From contig CBDCXV010000002.1 of the NCBI GenBank assembly GCA_965223905.1, positions 32,001 to 96,000 on the forward strand: a stretch of 64,000 bases of DNA, in the 5' to 3' direction. Position numbers and translations under genes: made by a program. Source of the stretch: Candidatus Latescibacterota bacterium (lineage in GTDB: Bacteria; Latescibacterota; UBA2968; UBA8231). Below the pieces are notes generated by a model, which did no database searches, was not told where the DNA came from, and worked only from the letters and a program-made list of their open reading frames with translations. This document shows, piece after piece, positions 51,538 to 61,381 of this stretch. Each line of letters opens with the position of its first letter. Position 1 is the stretch's first letter.

Positions 51538-53633
51538 TGCTCGAGGACCCGCTGCCAGAACCCCATCTGATCGGCGGACACGTTCGCATTCCGTGCAGCA
51601 AGCTGCCCCTGGAGCTTCTCGGCCAGCTCGCGAAGAAACGGTCGAAACACTTCCTCGAACTCTGGTTTGGTCAAGGAGTCATCGCTCGGCTGGTAGTCGA
51701 CTTCACGCAGCACAATCAGGAAGTCCGCGAGGGTCAGGAGCCCCTCATCCGCCGAACCGTCTGTGGAATCGAGCTCACGTACCAGGCGCTTAGCGAACGT
51801 CTCGATGCCGATCATGCCCCGCAACCGCCATTCGAGCGCCTGCCGGCCCCATACCGGACGCTGAAGATTCGAGCGAAGCTGCGCAAGCATGCGGGCCCGA
51901 CGCCGGATACGGTGGAGGAAGGTGGACTGCAAATCGTGACGCCGGAGCGGGTCGAGGTCGGAAGGGGTAGCTGAATCGAGGTCGGTGTCGAACGTGTCCG
52001 AGGCTTGCTGGCCGCGAGCCCAGGCGCGAAACGCAGCGCTCGGATCCGGGGCCGCGAGGAGCCAGAGCATGTCATCTGCGGACATCTGCTCCAGCCGGGG
52101 GGGAGGTGGCAACCGCTGCGGGTCTTCCACGTTGAGCGGCAGGAAAGCTTCCAGGCCGTCCCACGAAATCAAAAGCCGGTCGGGTGGCTGCAGTGGCGGC
52201 CAATTCAGGGACACGGCCTCTGGGGATCCCATGTCCGACCACGACCACTGGTTGAGGAGTTCCCTTTCGTCCCGGCCACAGGCGTGGATCCTCCATTCGG
52301 GAGGCAAGAGTTCGGGGACCAGGAACACCACGATCTGCCGCTCGTCGCCCGCTCGGTAGGTCGCCGACAAGATGCCTGCGGGAACGAGTGCACCGGGCTC
52401 ATTCTCTTCCTCGTCGTGATCCCGCTGAGGCCCCAGCCATTCAGCCTCGTCCAGATCGTCGACCGGCTCCATCTGAGGCCATATCGCTTCGAGGTTACCG
52501 GCCTCACGACCGAAAGCGACCCGCTCCGCAACGGTCACCAGATTCGCCTCCGCGTTGCGGTGAGAGGTCACCCCCATGCCCGCGCTGGTGAAATTGGACG
52601 ATCCGACCAAGAGGGCCGAGTACGTGTCCCCTAGCAAAGCGAGCATCTTCGCGTGCCAGGGTCTACGGTTCTCGTCCTCGTCGAAATCCGGTAGGATCTC
52701 GACGGTGACACTCCCTCGATACTTGAGGGGTGTTGATGTGATAGCTTTTGGCGCAGCAAGACGGGGAACAGCCGGTTCTCCATCTTCGAGGACCGCCGGC
52801 ACGCAGAAGCAGATCTCACGAGACCGGCCCCTTGCCATCGACTGGCAGAGCGCCGCGGCCACGCGAGACCTGTCGTCGTCGGCATCGAAAAACGGGGAGG
52901 CAATCCAGGCCTCGTAAGGCGATCCGCCTCGACGACGGCAGATGGCCAGCGCCTCCTCGAGGCTACTGCGCCCCTCTTGACCCGATGGGGCGGCCGGAAG
53001 CGTGCATGCGAACTTCTGTCGCACCCGGCCCTTGCTCCTCGGGCGCGCCCAGGCCCCGGCCTGTCGTTCCACTTGCGCCAGATAGGTATCCGCCCGCTGC
53101 ACCTCGGGGGTGCTTTCCCGACCACGGGGAACGAATGTGAGGAGGTCGCGGAGAAAAGCCACCGCCTGGGCCAGCAGCTCCCTGTCGGCTTCCTTGGGGG
53201 AAAGGTCGACAGTGGCAGCGACCTCGTGGTTCGTCCGGTAGCCGGGCTCCGTGAGGTTGGCGGAGGCCACAATGATTCGGATGTGGTTGCTCCATGCGAG
53301 AACGCTGAGCTTTGCATGCTGCCTCCCCCCTGGAATCCGTACCGGAAGGAGGTCCCAGCGCAGCGAGTGCTCCACGCCGGCCTGCGTGTGGTCGACCATA
53401 ACCCCCGCGTATACGCTGCCAAGTCGGCAATCGCGCTCCACCCTGAACGCCCAATCCTCCCGATCGGGGTCGGACCCGATCTCCAGGAAGCGGGCCAGGC
53501 ACTGCTCGTCGAACAGGCCGGGTGTGAGCGTATAGGTTGTCGCCAGACAGCCGATGGGGTCTCCGGCATCCGCAGGCGGCCGCCACAGCTCCAGCATGGC
53601 GCAGCTACTCTCTCTACTCTTCCCCCTGCTCAT
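51528..53633 (-). CDS. Phospholipase D-like nuclease-fold protein with two HxK motifs
   Basis: HAKL...SANLT and HAKM...GSSNFT...N.E. Confidence 0.8.
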   Translation of the reverse strand: MSRGKSRESSCAMLELWRPPADAGDPIGCLATTYTLTPGLFDEQCLARFLEIGSDPDREDWAFRVERDCRLGSVYAGVMVDHTQAGVEHSLRWDLLPVRIPGGRQHAKLSVLAWSNHIRIIVASANLTEPGYRTNHEVAATVDLSPKEADRELLAQAVAFLRDLLTFVPRGRESTPEVQRADTYLAQVERQAGAWARPRSKGRVRQKFACTLPAAPSGQEGRSSLEEALAICRRRGGSPYEAWIASPFFDADDDRSRVAAALCQSMARGRSREICFCVPAVLEDGEPAVPRLAAPKAITSTPLKYRGSVTVEILPDFDEDENRRPWHAKMLALLGDTYSALLVGSSNFTSAGMGVTSHRNAEANLVTVAERVAFGREAGNLEAIWPQMEPVDDLDEAEWLGPQRDHDEEENEPGALVPAGILSATYRAGDERQIVVFLVPELLPPEWRIHACGRDERELLNQWSWSDMGSPEAVSLNWPPLQPPDRLLISWDGLEAFLPLNVEDPQRLPPPPRLEQMSADDMLWLLAAPDPSAAFRAWARGQQASDTFDTDLDSATPSDLDPLRRHDLQSTFLHRIRRRARMLAQLRSNLQRPVWGRQALEWRLRGMIGIETFAKRLVRELDSTDGSADEGLLTLADFLIVLREVDYQPSDDSLTKPEFEEVFRPFLRELAEKLQGQLAARNANVSADQMGFWQRVLEQCR

Positions 53634-54928
53634 GCGAGATCGTCCCGGAAGCTGCGGATCGGCAAACCGCGATAGGGGTGCACGTACCGCGTGGGGGTAA
53701 TTTCGGGGGGCTGGATACGATACGCTTGACGGATGTAGATGCGGTCGCCTCCGATGCGATCGAACCAGGGCCTCTTGCCGTCGGCGGATTTCCTCTGCTG
53801 AACCGTCTCGTGATGCTCGCAGAGCGTTAGAGCGCAGGTCCTCGCATCCATCGGCTCCGCCAGCCTGCCGAAACGCTCGTCAAAAAGATTCTGGATGGAG
53901 AAGCCGCTTGTCGTGATCTCGCCGAGAGCGCGGTGCGCTGCTGCGAAGCGCTCGTCGAGCCGGTCGACGCTCTCCCGGAACGCCTGGTTGCCAGCAATGC
54001 CGGGCACAAAATACCCTCGGGCGTCAGGCCCGGCCGCTTCGGCACGCAGGACGTTGAAGGCGTCCTGAAGGCCACGGGCGAAGGCCTCGTAGGACCGGAT
54101 CGCCTTCACGAGCGGTCTGTACTCTGGCGCCTTGCGCTCCAGGTCGACTTGAAGCGCCTCTTCCCGAAATGCGCCGTTCCCGTGGTTCACCAGAAGCTGC
54201 CAGAGCTGCGGAAGGGCGCCGAGTTGCCGGTCGTCTTCGGCGAGAAGAAGCTCGCGCAGGAGCCTCTTCTCCTTCGCTTTGGCCGCCCCGGGAGCAAACG
54301 ACTTGGCGAGCTCGGCCCATTCCGACGAACTCCAAGGCGGCTTCGTACGCGGCGGGGAGTGATTCAGGCTGCGGCGAACCGCCGCCCTCCAGCGGTCGAA
54401 CTGCCCCTTCGCGCCCGCGATTCCTCCCAGTCCTCGATCTCGCGCCCATGCGTCCGCAAGCCGCTCTGCCTGCGAGCCGGGGCCTAGATGGACGTCCAAC
54501 AATCCGAGATGGATCGCCAGGCGTTTATAGACTCCATGGAAGCCGAAAACCCGAGGCGTCTTCAGGTAGCTTCGGGCATCGAGGTATCCGTGTCGGGCGA
54601 GCGCTGTCCGTGTAACGCGGGTCCCGGGAACGCCCCGGATTGACAGGTCCTTTTCCGTATCCCGAATCAGCGCTTCGACAATCAGCCACTCCCACACGAG
54701 ATAGGGCGAAGCGTCGGGACGACGGGGATCCTCCTCCAAACTTTCCGTAACGAGGGAACCCACCGCCATGGCGGTCAGGAAACGGATCCGCTGCATCCGC
54801 TCACGGACCCCCGGTACGAGTTGGCTGGCCAGCTGATCAGCGATCTGGTAGAGGCCGAGCGGATCGAGGTTTCCTTCGCTGGTACCGGGTGGATCGTAGG
54901 TTGTCAGAAACGGAAGGGAAGCCGCCAT
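53630..54928 (-). CDS. Hypothetical protein (DUF6361-like), first gene of the helicase/PLD operon
   Basis: DPLGL...LVPGV.ERM.RIRF N-terminal motif; ATGA overlap with the PLD gene. Confidence 0.7.
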   Translation of the reverse strand: MAASLPFLTTYDPPGTSEGNLDPLGLYQIADQLASQLVPGVRERMQRIRFLTAMAVGSLVTESLEEDPRRPDASPYLVWEWLIVEALIRDTEKDLSIRGVPGTRVTRTALARHGYLDARSYLKTPRVFGFHGVYKRLAIHLGLLDVHLGPGSQAERLADAWARDRGLGGIAGAKGQFDRWRAAVRRSLNHSPPRTKPPWSSSEWAELAKSFAPGAAKAKEKRLLRELLLAEDDRQLGALPQLWQLLVNHGNGAFREEALQVDLERKAPEYRPLVKAIRSYEAFARGLQDAFNVLRAEAAGPDARGYFVPGIAGNQAFRESVDRLDERFAAAHRALGEITTSGFSIQNLFDERFGRLAEPMDARTCALTLCEHHETVQQRKSADGKRPWFDRIGGDRIYIRQAYRIQPPEITPTRYVHPYRGLPIRSFRDDLA

Positions 54929-55033
54929 TTGCTTTCATCTCGCATGGATATGGATATCCGTCACGGGATGTCCAAAATCGTCCCTACACCCAGCCATTGC
55001 CTGTTCGGGGTGCGGCACCATGTCTGATCCCGA

Positions 55034-55312
55034 TCAGACCGCCGATGCACCTGCCAACTCACGATCGATGGCATCGCCCTTGGTGGCTTCGACCTGCGAT
55101 ATGTCGTACTGGCTCTGGAGATTCATCCAGAAGGCCGCCCCGGTTCCGAAATAGCGCCCGAGGCGAACGGCCGTGTCGGCGGTGATCGACCGCTCCGCCC
55201 GAAGGATTGCCGTGATCCGGTTGGCGGGCACCCGGATGGCGAGCGCGAGCTGATTCGCGCTCATGTCGCGGGCGTTGAGCTCTGCTCGGAGGAGTTGTCC
55301 GGGGTGTGTCAG
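55034..55312 (-). CDS. higA: HigA-family HTH antitoxin (start unclear, higB absent)
   Basis: HPGQLLRAEL...MSANQLA...RSITADTAVRLGRYFGT..FWMNLQ. Confidence 0.8.
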   Translation of the reverse strand: MTHPGQLLRAELNARDMSANQLALAIRVPANRITAILRAERSITADTAVRLGRYFGTGAAFWMNLQSQYDISQVEATKGDAIDRELAGASAV

Positions 55313-55635
55313 GTGCCATTTGCCAGCCGAGCACTCACCAACCGGTTCAGGCTCACCCCCTGCTCGGCCGCTTGTATGGCGAGTATCCGGTGCGATTCCG
55401 GCGGCACGCGAACCATGAACTTCCCGCTGTAGCTGCGGTCCGCTATCGGCTCCGGCGCGGTTTCTCCATTGGCGTGCATGTCTGCGAGGCACTCGCTCAC
55501 AAGGCGCTGGATTCCGGACAGAGCCTTGGCGGGGGTAGGTGCCATCCAGCTCAGCGATGGGAATTCCGCGCACAGACCCACGTGTTCGTTGTCCTCGGAC
55601 GACCACGTGATGCGGTAGGTGTAATGGTCGCTCAT
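55309..55635 (-). CDS. hicB: HicB-family antitoxin
   Basis: YRITWS.ED..HVGLCAEFPSLS; YSGKFMVRVPP..H..LA..AAEQGVSLN. Confidence 0.9.
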   Translation of the reverse strand: MSDHYTYRITWSSEDNEHVGLCAEFPSLSWMAPTPAKALSGIQRLVSECLADMHANGETAPEPIADRSYSGKFMVRVPPESHRILAIQAAEQGVSLNRLVSARLANGT

Positions 55636-55880
55636 CGCATGCCCTCCAATTTTTCGATTGCCCTGATGACTTGGCGGACCTGGTATGCCTTCGCCATTCC
55701 CTTGGTGTTCTGGATGTTCACTCGCGGATTTCCCGGCCACGGTGTCCGGTAGACCCGATGGCTGGTGCCCTTCTGGCGCGGGGTTCCGAAGTAGGCGTCG
55801 CACACCTTGGCGAGAACCGCGAAGCGGACTCCTTTCGGATTGTTGCGAAGCGCCTCGAGGATTACGGCGGTGTTCGCCAC
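55632..55880 (-). CDS. hicA: HicA-family toxin
   Basis: NNPKGVRF..L.KVC..YFG.PRQ.GTSH; MAKAYQVRQV; ATGA overlap with hicB. Confidence 0.85.
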   Translation of the reverse strand: MANTAVILEALRNNPKGVRFAVLAKVCDAYFGTPRQKGTSHRVYRTPWPGNPRVNIQNTKGMAKAYQVRQVIRAIEKLEGMR

Positions 55881-55884
55881 GGCA

Positions 55885-55916
55885 AGTATAATACTAATAG
55901 TGATACTACAGTCAAG
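55885..55916 (-). promoter_or_regulatory. Probable hicAB promoter (near-leaderless)
   Basis: AT-rich TTGACT...TATACT ending 4 nt before the GTG start; spacer is long (19 nt). Confidence 0.4.
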
Positions 55917-56285
55917 GCCTGCATCGCTGCATCGAGAGAACCAGACAGGGCCTTGGATTACGCAAGTCCGGCCAGCGGGTGGCCCTGCCATCCAAGAAGA
56001 CGAGTCTCCGAGACAATTGTCTACCTTGCCGTCATTTTTCGCGGCAAAATGACGGCAACCTGGGCAACCAGGCGCGGACCAAATCCCCGGCGCCGGTTCC
56101 AGGCCCTCACTAATCCGTCGTCTCAGGAGGTCCCCGGCGGCGCAAAAAGCGCGCATGCACACCTACACCCGAACCTATATTTCTGAATGGTATCCAAGAA
56201 CGCTATGGCTCGACGACACCTCGAGCCCTCCCAATCCTGCCCGACTCGCCTGGCGACCGCCGACCACCTGCAGGGACCTGCCACC

Positions 56286-59200
56286 TTGACTGACCCTTTC
56301 TTCGAACACCCCGTCCTCAACTCCCCCTACGAGCGCCCGGACCGGCATTGGGAGCTGGACGAGACCGGGCAGCCGACCCAGAAAACCATCGAGAGCCGCC
56401 GGCAGGCGGAGTTCATCACCCCGATTCCGAAGCCCAGGAAACGCAAAGGATCCGGGCAACAGGCCAGGCTCGTATTCGACGAAAAGGCGCAGAAGCTCGG
56501 GACCGATGGCCAGCAGTACGACCTGACCGCCATCATCAACGGGGTTCGCCAGCAGGTCGACCGCTGGCGCGAGCTGCCGGACCCGGGCCAGTGGCAGGTG
56601 ACCCCGGAGACGGCCCGCCTGCTCCGGCACTGGCGGCACCACCACTTCAGCGGCATCCGCCCCTTCTTCTGCCAGCTCGAAGCCGCGGAGACCGCCATCT
56701 GGCTCACCGAGGTGGCGCCCGGCACGCGAGCGGGCCGGAACTTCCTCGACCATCTGGCCAACGCCAACGACGACGCCAACCCGGAGCTGCCGCGGCTGGC
56801 TCTCAAGCTGGCGACGGGCGCCGGCAAGACCACGGTCATGGCGATGCTGATCGCCTGGCAGACCGTCAACGCGGTGCGCCGGCCCCAGAGCAGCCGCTTC
56901 ACGCGCGGCTTCCTCGTGGTCACCCCCGGCATCACCATCAAGGATCGCCTGCGCGTGCTGCAGCCGAACGACCCGGACAGCTACTACCAGAGCCGCGAGC
57001 TGGTTCCCAACGACATGCTGCCCGACCTGGAGAAGGCGAAGATCGTCATCACCAACTACCACGCCTTCAAGCTGCGCGAGCGCATGGAGCTGTCCAAGGG
57101 GGGCCGTTCCCTGCTCCAGGGACGGGGCGAGTCGCTGGCGACCCTCGAGACCGAGGGGCAGATGCTGCAGCGGGTCATGCCGGAGCTCATGGGCCTGAAG
57201 AACCTCCTCGTCCTCAACGACGAGGCCCACCACTGCTACCGCGAAAAGCCGGGAGAGGTGGAAGAGGAGGCGCTGAAGGGGGACGACAGGAAGGAGGCCG
57301 AGAAGAACACGGAGGCCGCCCGCCTGTGGATTTCGGGGCTGGAAACCGTCGGCGAAAAGCTCGGCATCAACCGGGTATTCGACCTCTCGGCGACCCCCTT
57401 CTTTCTGCGCGGGTCGGGATACGCCGAAGGCACCCTGTTCCCGTGGACGATGTGCGACTTCTCGCTCATGGATGCCATCGAGTGCGGCATCGTCAAGCTG
57501 CCCCGCGTGCCGGTCGCCGACAACATCCCAGGCGGCGACATGCCGAAGTTCCGCAACCTGTGGGAGCATATCCGCGAGGACATGCCGAAGAAGGGGCGGG
57601 GCAAGGCCAGCCACCTCGATCCCCTGAGCCTGCCGGTCGAGCTGCAGACCGCGCTGGAGGCGTTGTACGGGCACTACCGGAAAACCTTCGAGATGATGCA
57701 GGAGGCGAGCATTTCCGTGCCCCCCTGCTTCATCGTCGTCTGCAACAACACCTCGACCTCCAAGCTGGTCTACGACTACATCTCCGGCTTCCACCGCGAG
57801 AACGAGAACGGCTCGGCGACGTTGGAGAACGGGCGCCTCGAGCTGTTCCGCAACTTCGACGACGACGGCACCCGGTTCCCGCGGCCCCGCACCCTCCTGA
57901 TCGACAGCGAACAGCTCGAGTCCGGGGAGGCGCTGGACAGGAACTTCCGCGACATGGCCGCCGGCGAGATCGAGCGCTTTCGCCGCGAGATCGTCGAGCG
58001 CACCGGCGACCGCCGCCAGGCCGAGAAGATCACCGACCAGAATCTCCTCCGGGAGGTCATGAACACCGTCGGCAAGGAGGGCCGGCTCGGGGACTCGATC
58101 CGCTGCGTGGTGTCTGTGTCGATGCTGACCGAAGGGTGGGACGCCAACACCGTCAGCCACGTGCTCGGGGTCCGCGCCTTCGGAACCCAGCTGCTCTGCG
58201 AGCAGGTCGTCGGCCGCGCCCTGCGGCGCCAATCCTACGACCTCAACGAGGAAGGCCTGTTCGACGTCGAGTACGCCGACGTCCTCGGGATACCGTTCGA
58301 TTTTACCGCCAAACCGGTCGTGGCCCCGGCGAAGCCGCCGCGGGAGACCGTCCAGGTGCGGGCCGTGCGCCCGGAAAGGGACGCGCTGGAGATTCGCTTC
58401 CCGCGGGTGGCCGGGTACCGGGTGGAGCTGCCGGAAGAGCGGCTCGCGGCGGAGTTCAACGACGACTCCGTCCTCGACCTCACTCCCGACCTGGTCGGTC
58501 CCTCGATTACGAGGAACCAGGGGATCATCGGCGAGGGGGTCGACCTCAACCTCGTTCACACCAACGGCCTGCGCACCTCGACCCTCCTGTTTCACCTGAC
58601 CCAGCGCCTGCTCTACACGAAGTACCGCGACCCGGGCGAGGAGCCGAAGCTCCATCTCTTCGGGCAGCTCAAACGGATCACCAGGCAGTGGCTCGACGGC
58701 TATCTCGTCTGCAAGGGGGGCACCTATCCCGCCCAGCTCATGTACCAGGAGCTGGGCGACCTGGTTTGCGAGCGCATCGCCGCGGCCATCACCCGGGAGG
58801 GAATCGACAGCCGCCCCGTGAAGGCCGTGCTCGATCCGTACAATCCCGTCGGTTCGACCGCCCACGTAAATTTCAACACCACCAAAACCAGCCGGTACGA
58901 AACCGATTCCCGCCGCTGCCACGTAAACTGGGTCGTCCTCGACAGCGACTGGGAAGCGGAGTTCTGCCGCGTCGCCGAGTCCCATCCGCAGGTCAGGGCA
59001 TACGTCAAGAACCACAACCTCGGCCTGGAGGTCCCCTACCGTTCCGGCTCGGAAACGCGGACCTACCTCCCGGACTTCATCGTTCTCGTCGACGACGGCC
59101 GCGGCGAGGAGGATCTCCTGCACCTGGTCATCGAGATCAAGGGGTACCGGCGGGAGGACGCCAAGGACAAGAAGACGGCCATGGACACCTACTGGGTTCC

Positions 59201-59336
59201 CGGGGTGAACAACCACGAAGACTACGGGCGCTGGGGGTTTGCCGAGTTCACCGATGTTTTCGAGGTGGAATCCGCGTTCGATCGTTTGGTGAAACAGCTC
59301 CGCAACAAGTCAGAGTTCAATTCCGAGGCTGGCTGA
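56286..59336 (+). CDS. res: Type III restriction enzyme Res subunit
   Basis: LATGAGKT, NDEAHH, LSATP, LTEGWD, EQVVGRALRR, YLPDFIV...EIKG; likely TTG start at 56286. Confidence 0.92.
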   Translation: MTDPFFEHPVLNSPYERPDRHWELDETGQPTQKTIESRRQAEFITPIPKPRKRKGSGQQARLVFDEKAQKLGTDGQQYDLTAIINGVRQQVDRWRELPDPGQWQVTPETARLLRHWRHHHFSGIRPFFCQLEAAETAIWLTEVAPGTRAGRNFLDHLANANDDANPELPRLALKLATGAGKTTVMAMLIAWQTVNAVRRPQSSRFTRGFLVVTPGITIKDRLRVLQPNDPDSYYQSRELVPNDMLPDLEKAKIVITNYHAFKLRERMELSKGGRSLLQGRGESLATLETEGQMLQRVMPELMGLKNLLVLNDEAHHCYREKPGEVEEEALKGDDRKEAEKNTEAARLWISGLETVGEKLGINRVFDLSATPFFLRGSGYAEGTLFPWTMCDFSLMDAIECGIVKLPRVPVADNIPGGDMPKFRNLWEHIREDMPKKGRGKASHLDPLSLPVELQTALEALYGHYRKTFEMMQEASISVPPCFIVVCNNTSTSKLVYDYISGFHRENENGSATLENGRLELFRNFDDDGTRFPRPRTLLIDSEQLESGEALDRNFRDMAAGEIERFRREIVERTGDRRQAEKITDQNLLREVMNTVGKEGRLGDSIRCVVSVSMLTEGWDANTVSHVLGVRAFGTQLLCEQVVGRALRRQSYDLNEEGLFDVEYADVLGIPFDFTAKPVVAPAKPPRETVQVRAVRPERDALEIRFPRVAGYRVELPEERLAAEFNDDSVLDLTPDLVGPSITRNQGIIGEGVDLNLVHTNGLRTSTLLFHLTQRLLYTKYRDPGEEPKLHLFGQLKRITRQWLDGYLVCKGGTYPAQLMYQELGDLVCERIAAAITREGIDSRPVKAVLDPYNPVGSTAHVNFNTTKTSRYETDSRRCHVNWVVLDSDWEAEFCRVAESHPQVRAYVKNHNLGLEVPYRSGSETRTYLPDFIVLVDDGRGEEDLLHLVIEIKGYRREDAKDKKTAMDTYWVPGVNNHEDYGRWGFAEFTDVFEVESAFDRLVKQLRNKSEFNSEAG

Positions 59337-59492
59337 ACGAAGACAACTCCCTGGAACTGGAAATACCCCCCGGCGTCTCAAGGAACTTGAAGGTAATTTC
59401 AATGACTCACGTCTATCCCGGCAAAGTTAGACTCAGCTTTACAAGGCATTCTCAATTCTCCATCTTGGAAAAGAGCAAGGAGTAAAGCTCCC

Positions 59493-60284
59493 GTGAAATC
59501 TCCGTCAAGACCCTTCGGAAATCCGCCGGTCACCGAGGTTGTTGTGTCAACCTACTTCAACCCACCCCTATCCGCTTTGCGAAGCGAGCATATTGGCTTG
59601 TTCTGGGCGAAGGTAAAAGAGGAATTTCCTGTCGTGCGCCAGCAACTCCCAGTGGGAATCGGACCGGATGTCATTCCTGACGAGCCATTCCCTATGCCCA
59701 GGTACTGGTTCATTGCAGAGGACGACATAAATCTTATCCAGATACAAAGAAATGCCTTTATGTTCAATTGGCGTCGTAAAAAGGAAGACTACCCTCTTTT
59801 TTACAACGATATCAAACCTGCCTTCGATAAATACCATGGCATTTTCAGTGAATTTGTCCGAAGGGAAGTCGATGACAATAACCTTAAAATCGATCTTTGT
59901 GAACTGGCCTACATAAATACCTTGGAGGCATGTGATTACTGGGCAGGACACCACGACACGAGGAAAGTCATCCCTTCATTTTCGATTGTAGAGTCAGGTG
60001 TCAACGCTTCGGAATCTGGGGAGTTCAACTGCAATTACGCGTACGAGCTCTCAGCGGATATGCACCTCAAAGTCGGCATACGCAGCGGGGTTAAGGCTCA
60101 GCAACAAAGTGCGCCGGTTCTGATATTTGAAATCAGAGCAAGTGGTCGCCTTGGCCAAGTAGAAAAGTCAAGGGCAGACGAATGGTTCGAGCGTTCCCAT
60201 TCGGCCATTACCAAGTGCTTTTTGGAAATTACGAGCCGGGACATTCAAAATCGTTATTGGAAGCCGGTGGAGAAAACACAATGA
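59493..60284 (+). CDS. TIGR04255-like protein
   Basis: NPPVTEVV, PRYWF, LIQIQ...FNWR...YP, L.YIN pattern recalled for this family; low GC. Confidence 0.7.
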   Translation: MKSPSRPFGNPPVTEVVVSTYFNPPLSALRSEHIGLFWAKVKEEFPVVRQQLPVGIGPDVIPDEPFPMPRYWFIAEDDINLIQIQRNAFMFNWRRKKEDYPLFYNDIKPAFDKYHGIFSEFVRREVDDNNLKIDLCELAYINTLEACDYWAGHHDTRKVIPSFSIVESGVNASESGEFNCNYAYELSADMHLKVGIRSGVKAQQQSAPVLIFEIRASGRLGQVEKSRADEWFERSHSAITKCFLEITSRDIQNRYWKPVEKTQ

Positions 60285-60928
60285 CTCTGGAACCACCCAG
60301 TCCATCCACTATGGACTACGTGCCCCCCTCACTGTCGCCAGAACATGGCTCCACTTCGGCTGTTGATCTGGATCAGGATTGGAGACACCAAAGGCTTCTC
60401 TTTTCGAGCCATTACCCTAGTCCTTCAGGAAACGACGACATCGCCTTCGGAGACTATACGGCCAGCATCCTTGACGAATCATCAAGTACACGTACGGATT
60501 ATTTGGTTAAACCGATTGACCTGCGGAGCCGATTGAACGCTGAAATTGATGACAGGATGAAAATTGCCCGGGGAGTGTACCATGCATATTGGATCCGCAT
60601 TGAATCGCTGATTAGTGATGCGATCCTCGAGAGTTTCACCGTTAACAGGGAATCCGAGTGGGACTTCTGGTCCTTTGTCAAGTCAGTCCCATTCGCCAGC
60701 AAGGGAGAGTTGGTGCTTTTGGACAATGGCAATCTGCGCGCCGTCTGGGACGGGGAAGACGGCAGCCATTTGGGGCTTCAATTTCTCGGTGGACGCATGC
60801 TTCAATTTGTCATTTTCCGACGGCGGAAGGGAAGCGCCCATATCTCGCGTGTTGCTGGACGCGAGACTTTTGAAGGCGTTAGAAAGCAGGTGCGGATCTT
60901 CGACCTCGAAGTACTCCTTAGCACATGA
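60281..60928 (+). CDS. Hypothetical protein with low-complexity N-terminus (possible antitoxin)
   Basis: ATGA overlaps at both ends; Ser/Pro/Asp-rich first ~70 aa; LLDNGNLRAVW motif. Confidence 0.7.
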   Translation: MTLEPPSPSTMDYVPPSLSPEHGSTSAVDLDQDWRHQRLLFSSHYPSPSGNDDIAFGDYTASILDESSSTRTDYLVKPIDLRSRLNAEIDDRMKIARGVYHAYWIRIESLISDAILESFTVNRESEWDFWSFVKSVPFASKGELVLLDNGNLRAVWDGEDGSHLGLQFLGGRMLQFVIFRRRKGSAHISRVAGRETFEGVRKQVRIFDLEVLLST

Positions 60929-61377
60929 AGGGCGATGACCTACCGGATGAAGATCATATCGTCCGATATGTAAAACCTACAAGCGTCCGCAGCGACGGCA
61001 AAGTGGATGGGTCGGAGTTCTGCTTGCGCGCACATCGGCCTGATGATACCGGTTTGTCCGTTAATTGGCTAGAATTCTTTCGTGACCTTGCAAAAGACGG
61101 TCAACTTGCTGAAGTAAGAAGACTGTCGCGATTGAAGGTGAGCGAACGAGGTTGTCTGGCCGAACTGAATGTCGGCGCAACAAAGCAGTACATCCGCAGG
61201 GAACTCGAGAGTCTTGGCTTCATCAATATGCCCTTGGATGCGGAGGGCGAATACGAAGCCGACCCATCTCACAGCGAAATGGTAGGGCTGCCTCCAGGAA
61301 ATTCCGATCAGGCCGCGTTAATTGGCGATATGATCGCTGAATGTATAAACGACACTCACCCGGCAAGAATCAGATAG
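60925..61377 (+). CDS. Small hypothetical protein, possible ADP-ribosyltransferase-fold toxin
   Basis: HIVRY...F...GLSVNW...DPSH pattern (R-S-H). Confidence 0.6.
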   Translation: MKGDDLPDEDHIVRYVKPTSVRSDGKVDGSEFCLRAHRPDDTGLSVNWLEFFRDLAKDGQLAEVRRLSRLKVSERGCLAELNVGATKQYIRRELESLGFINMPLDAEGEYEADPSHSEMVGLPPGNSDQAALIGDMIAECINDTHPARIR

Positions 61378-61381
61378 GTAA

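Noticed and set aside
56175-59216. 1013-aa minus ORF and 1045-aa alternative plus-frame ORF
   Set aside because: Shadows of the res gene
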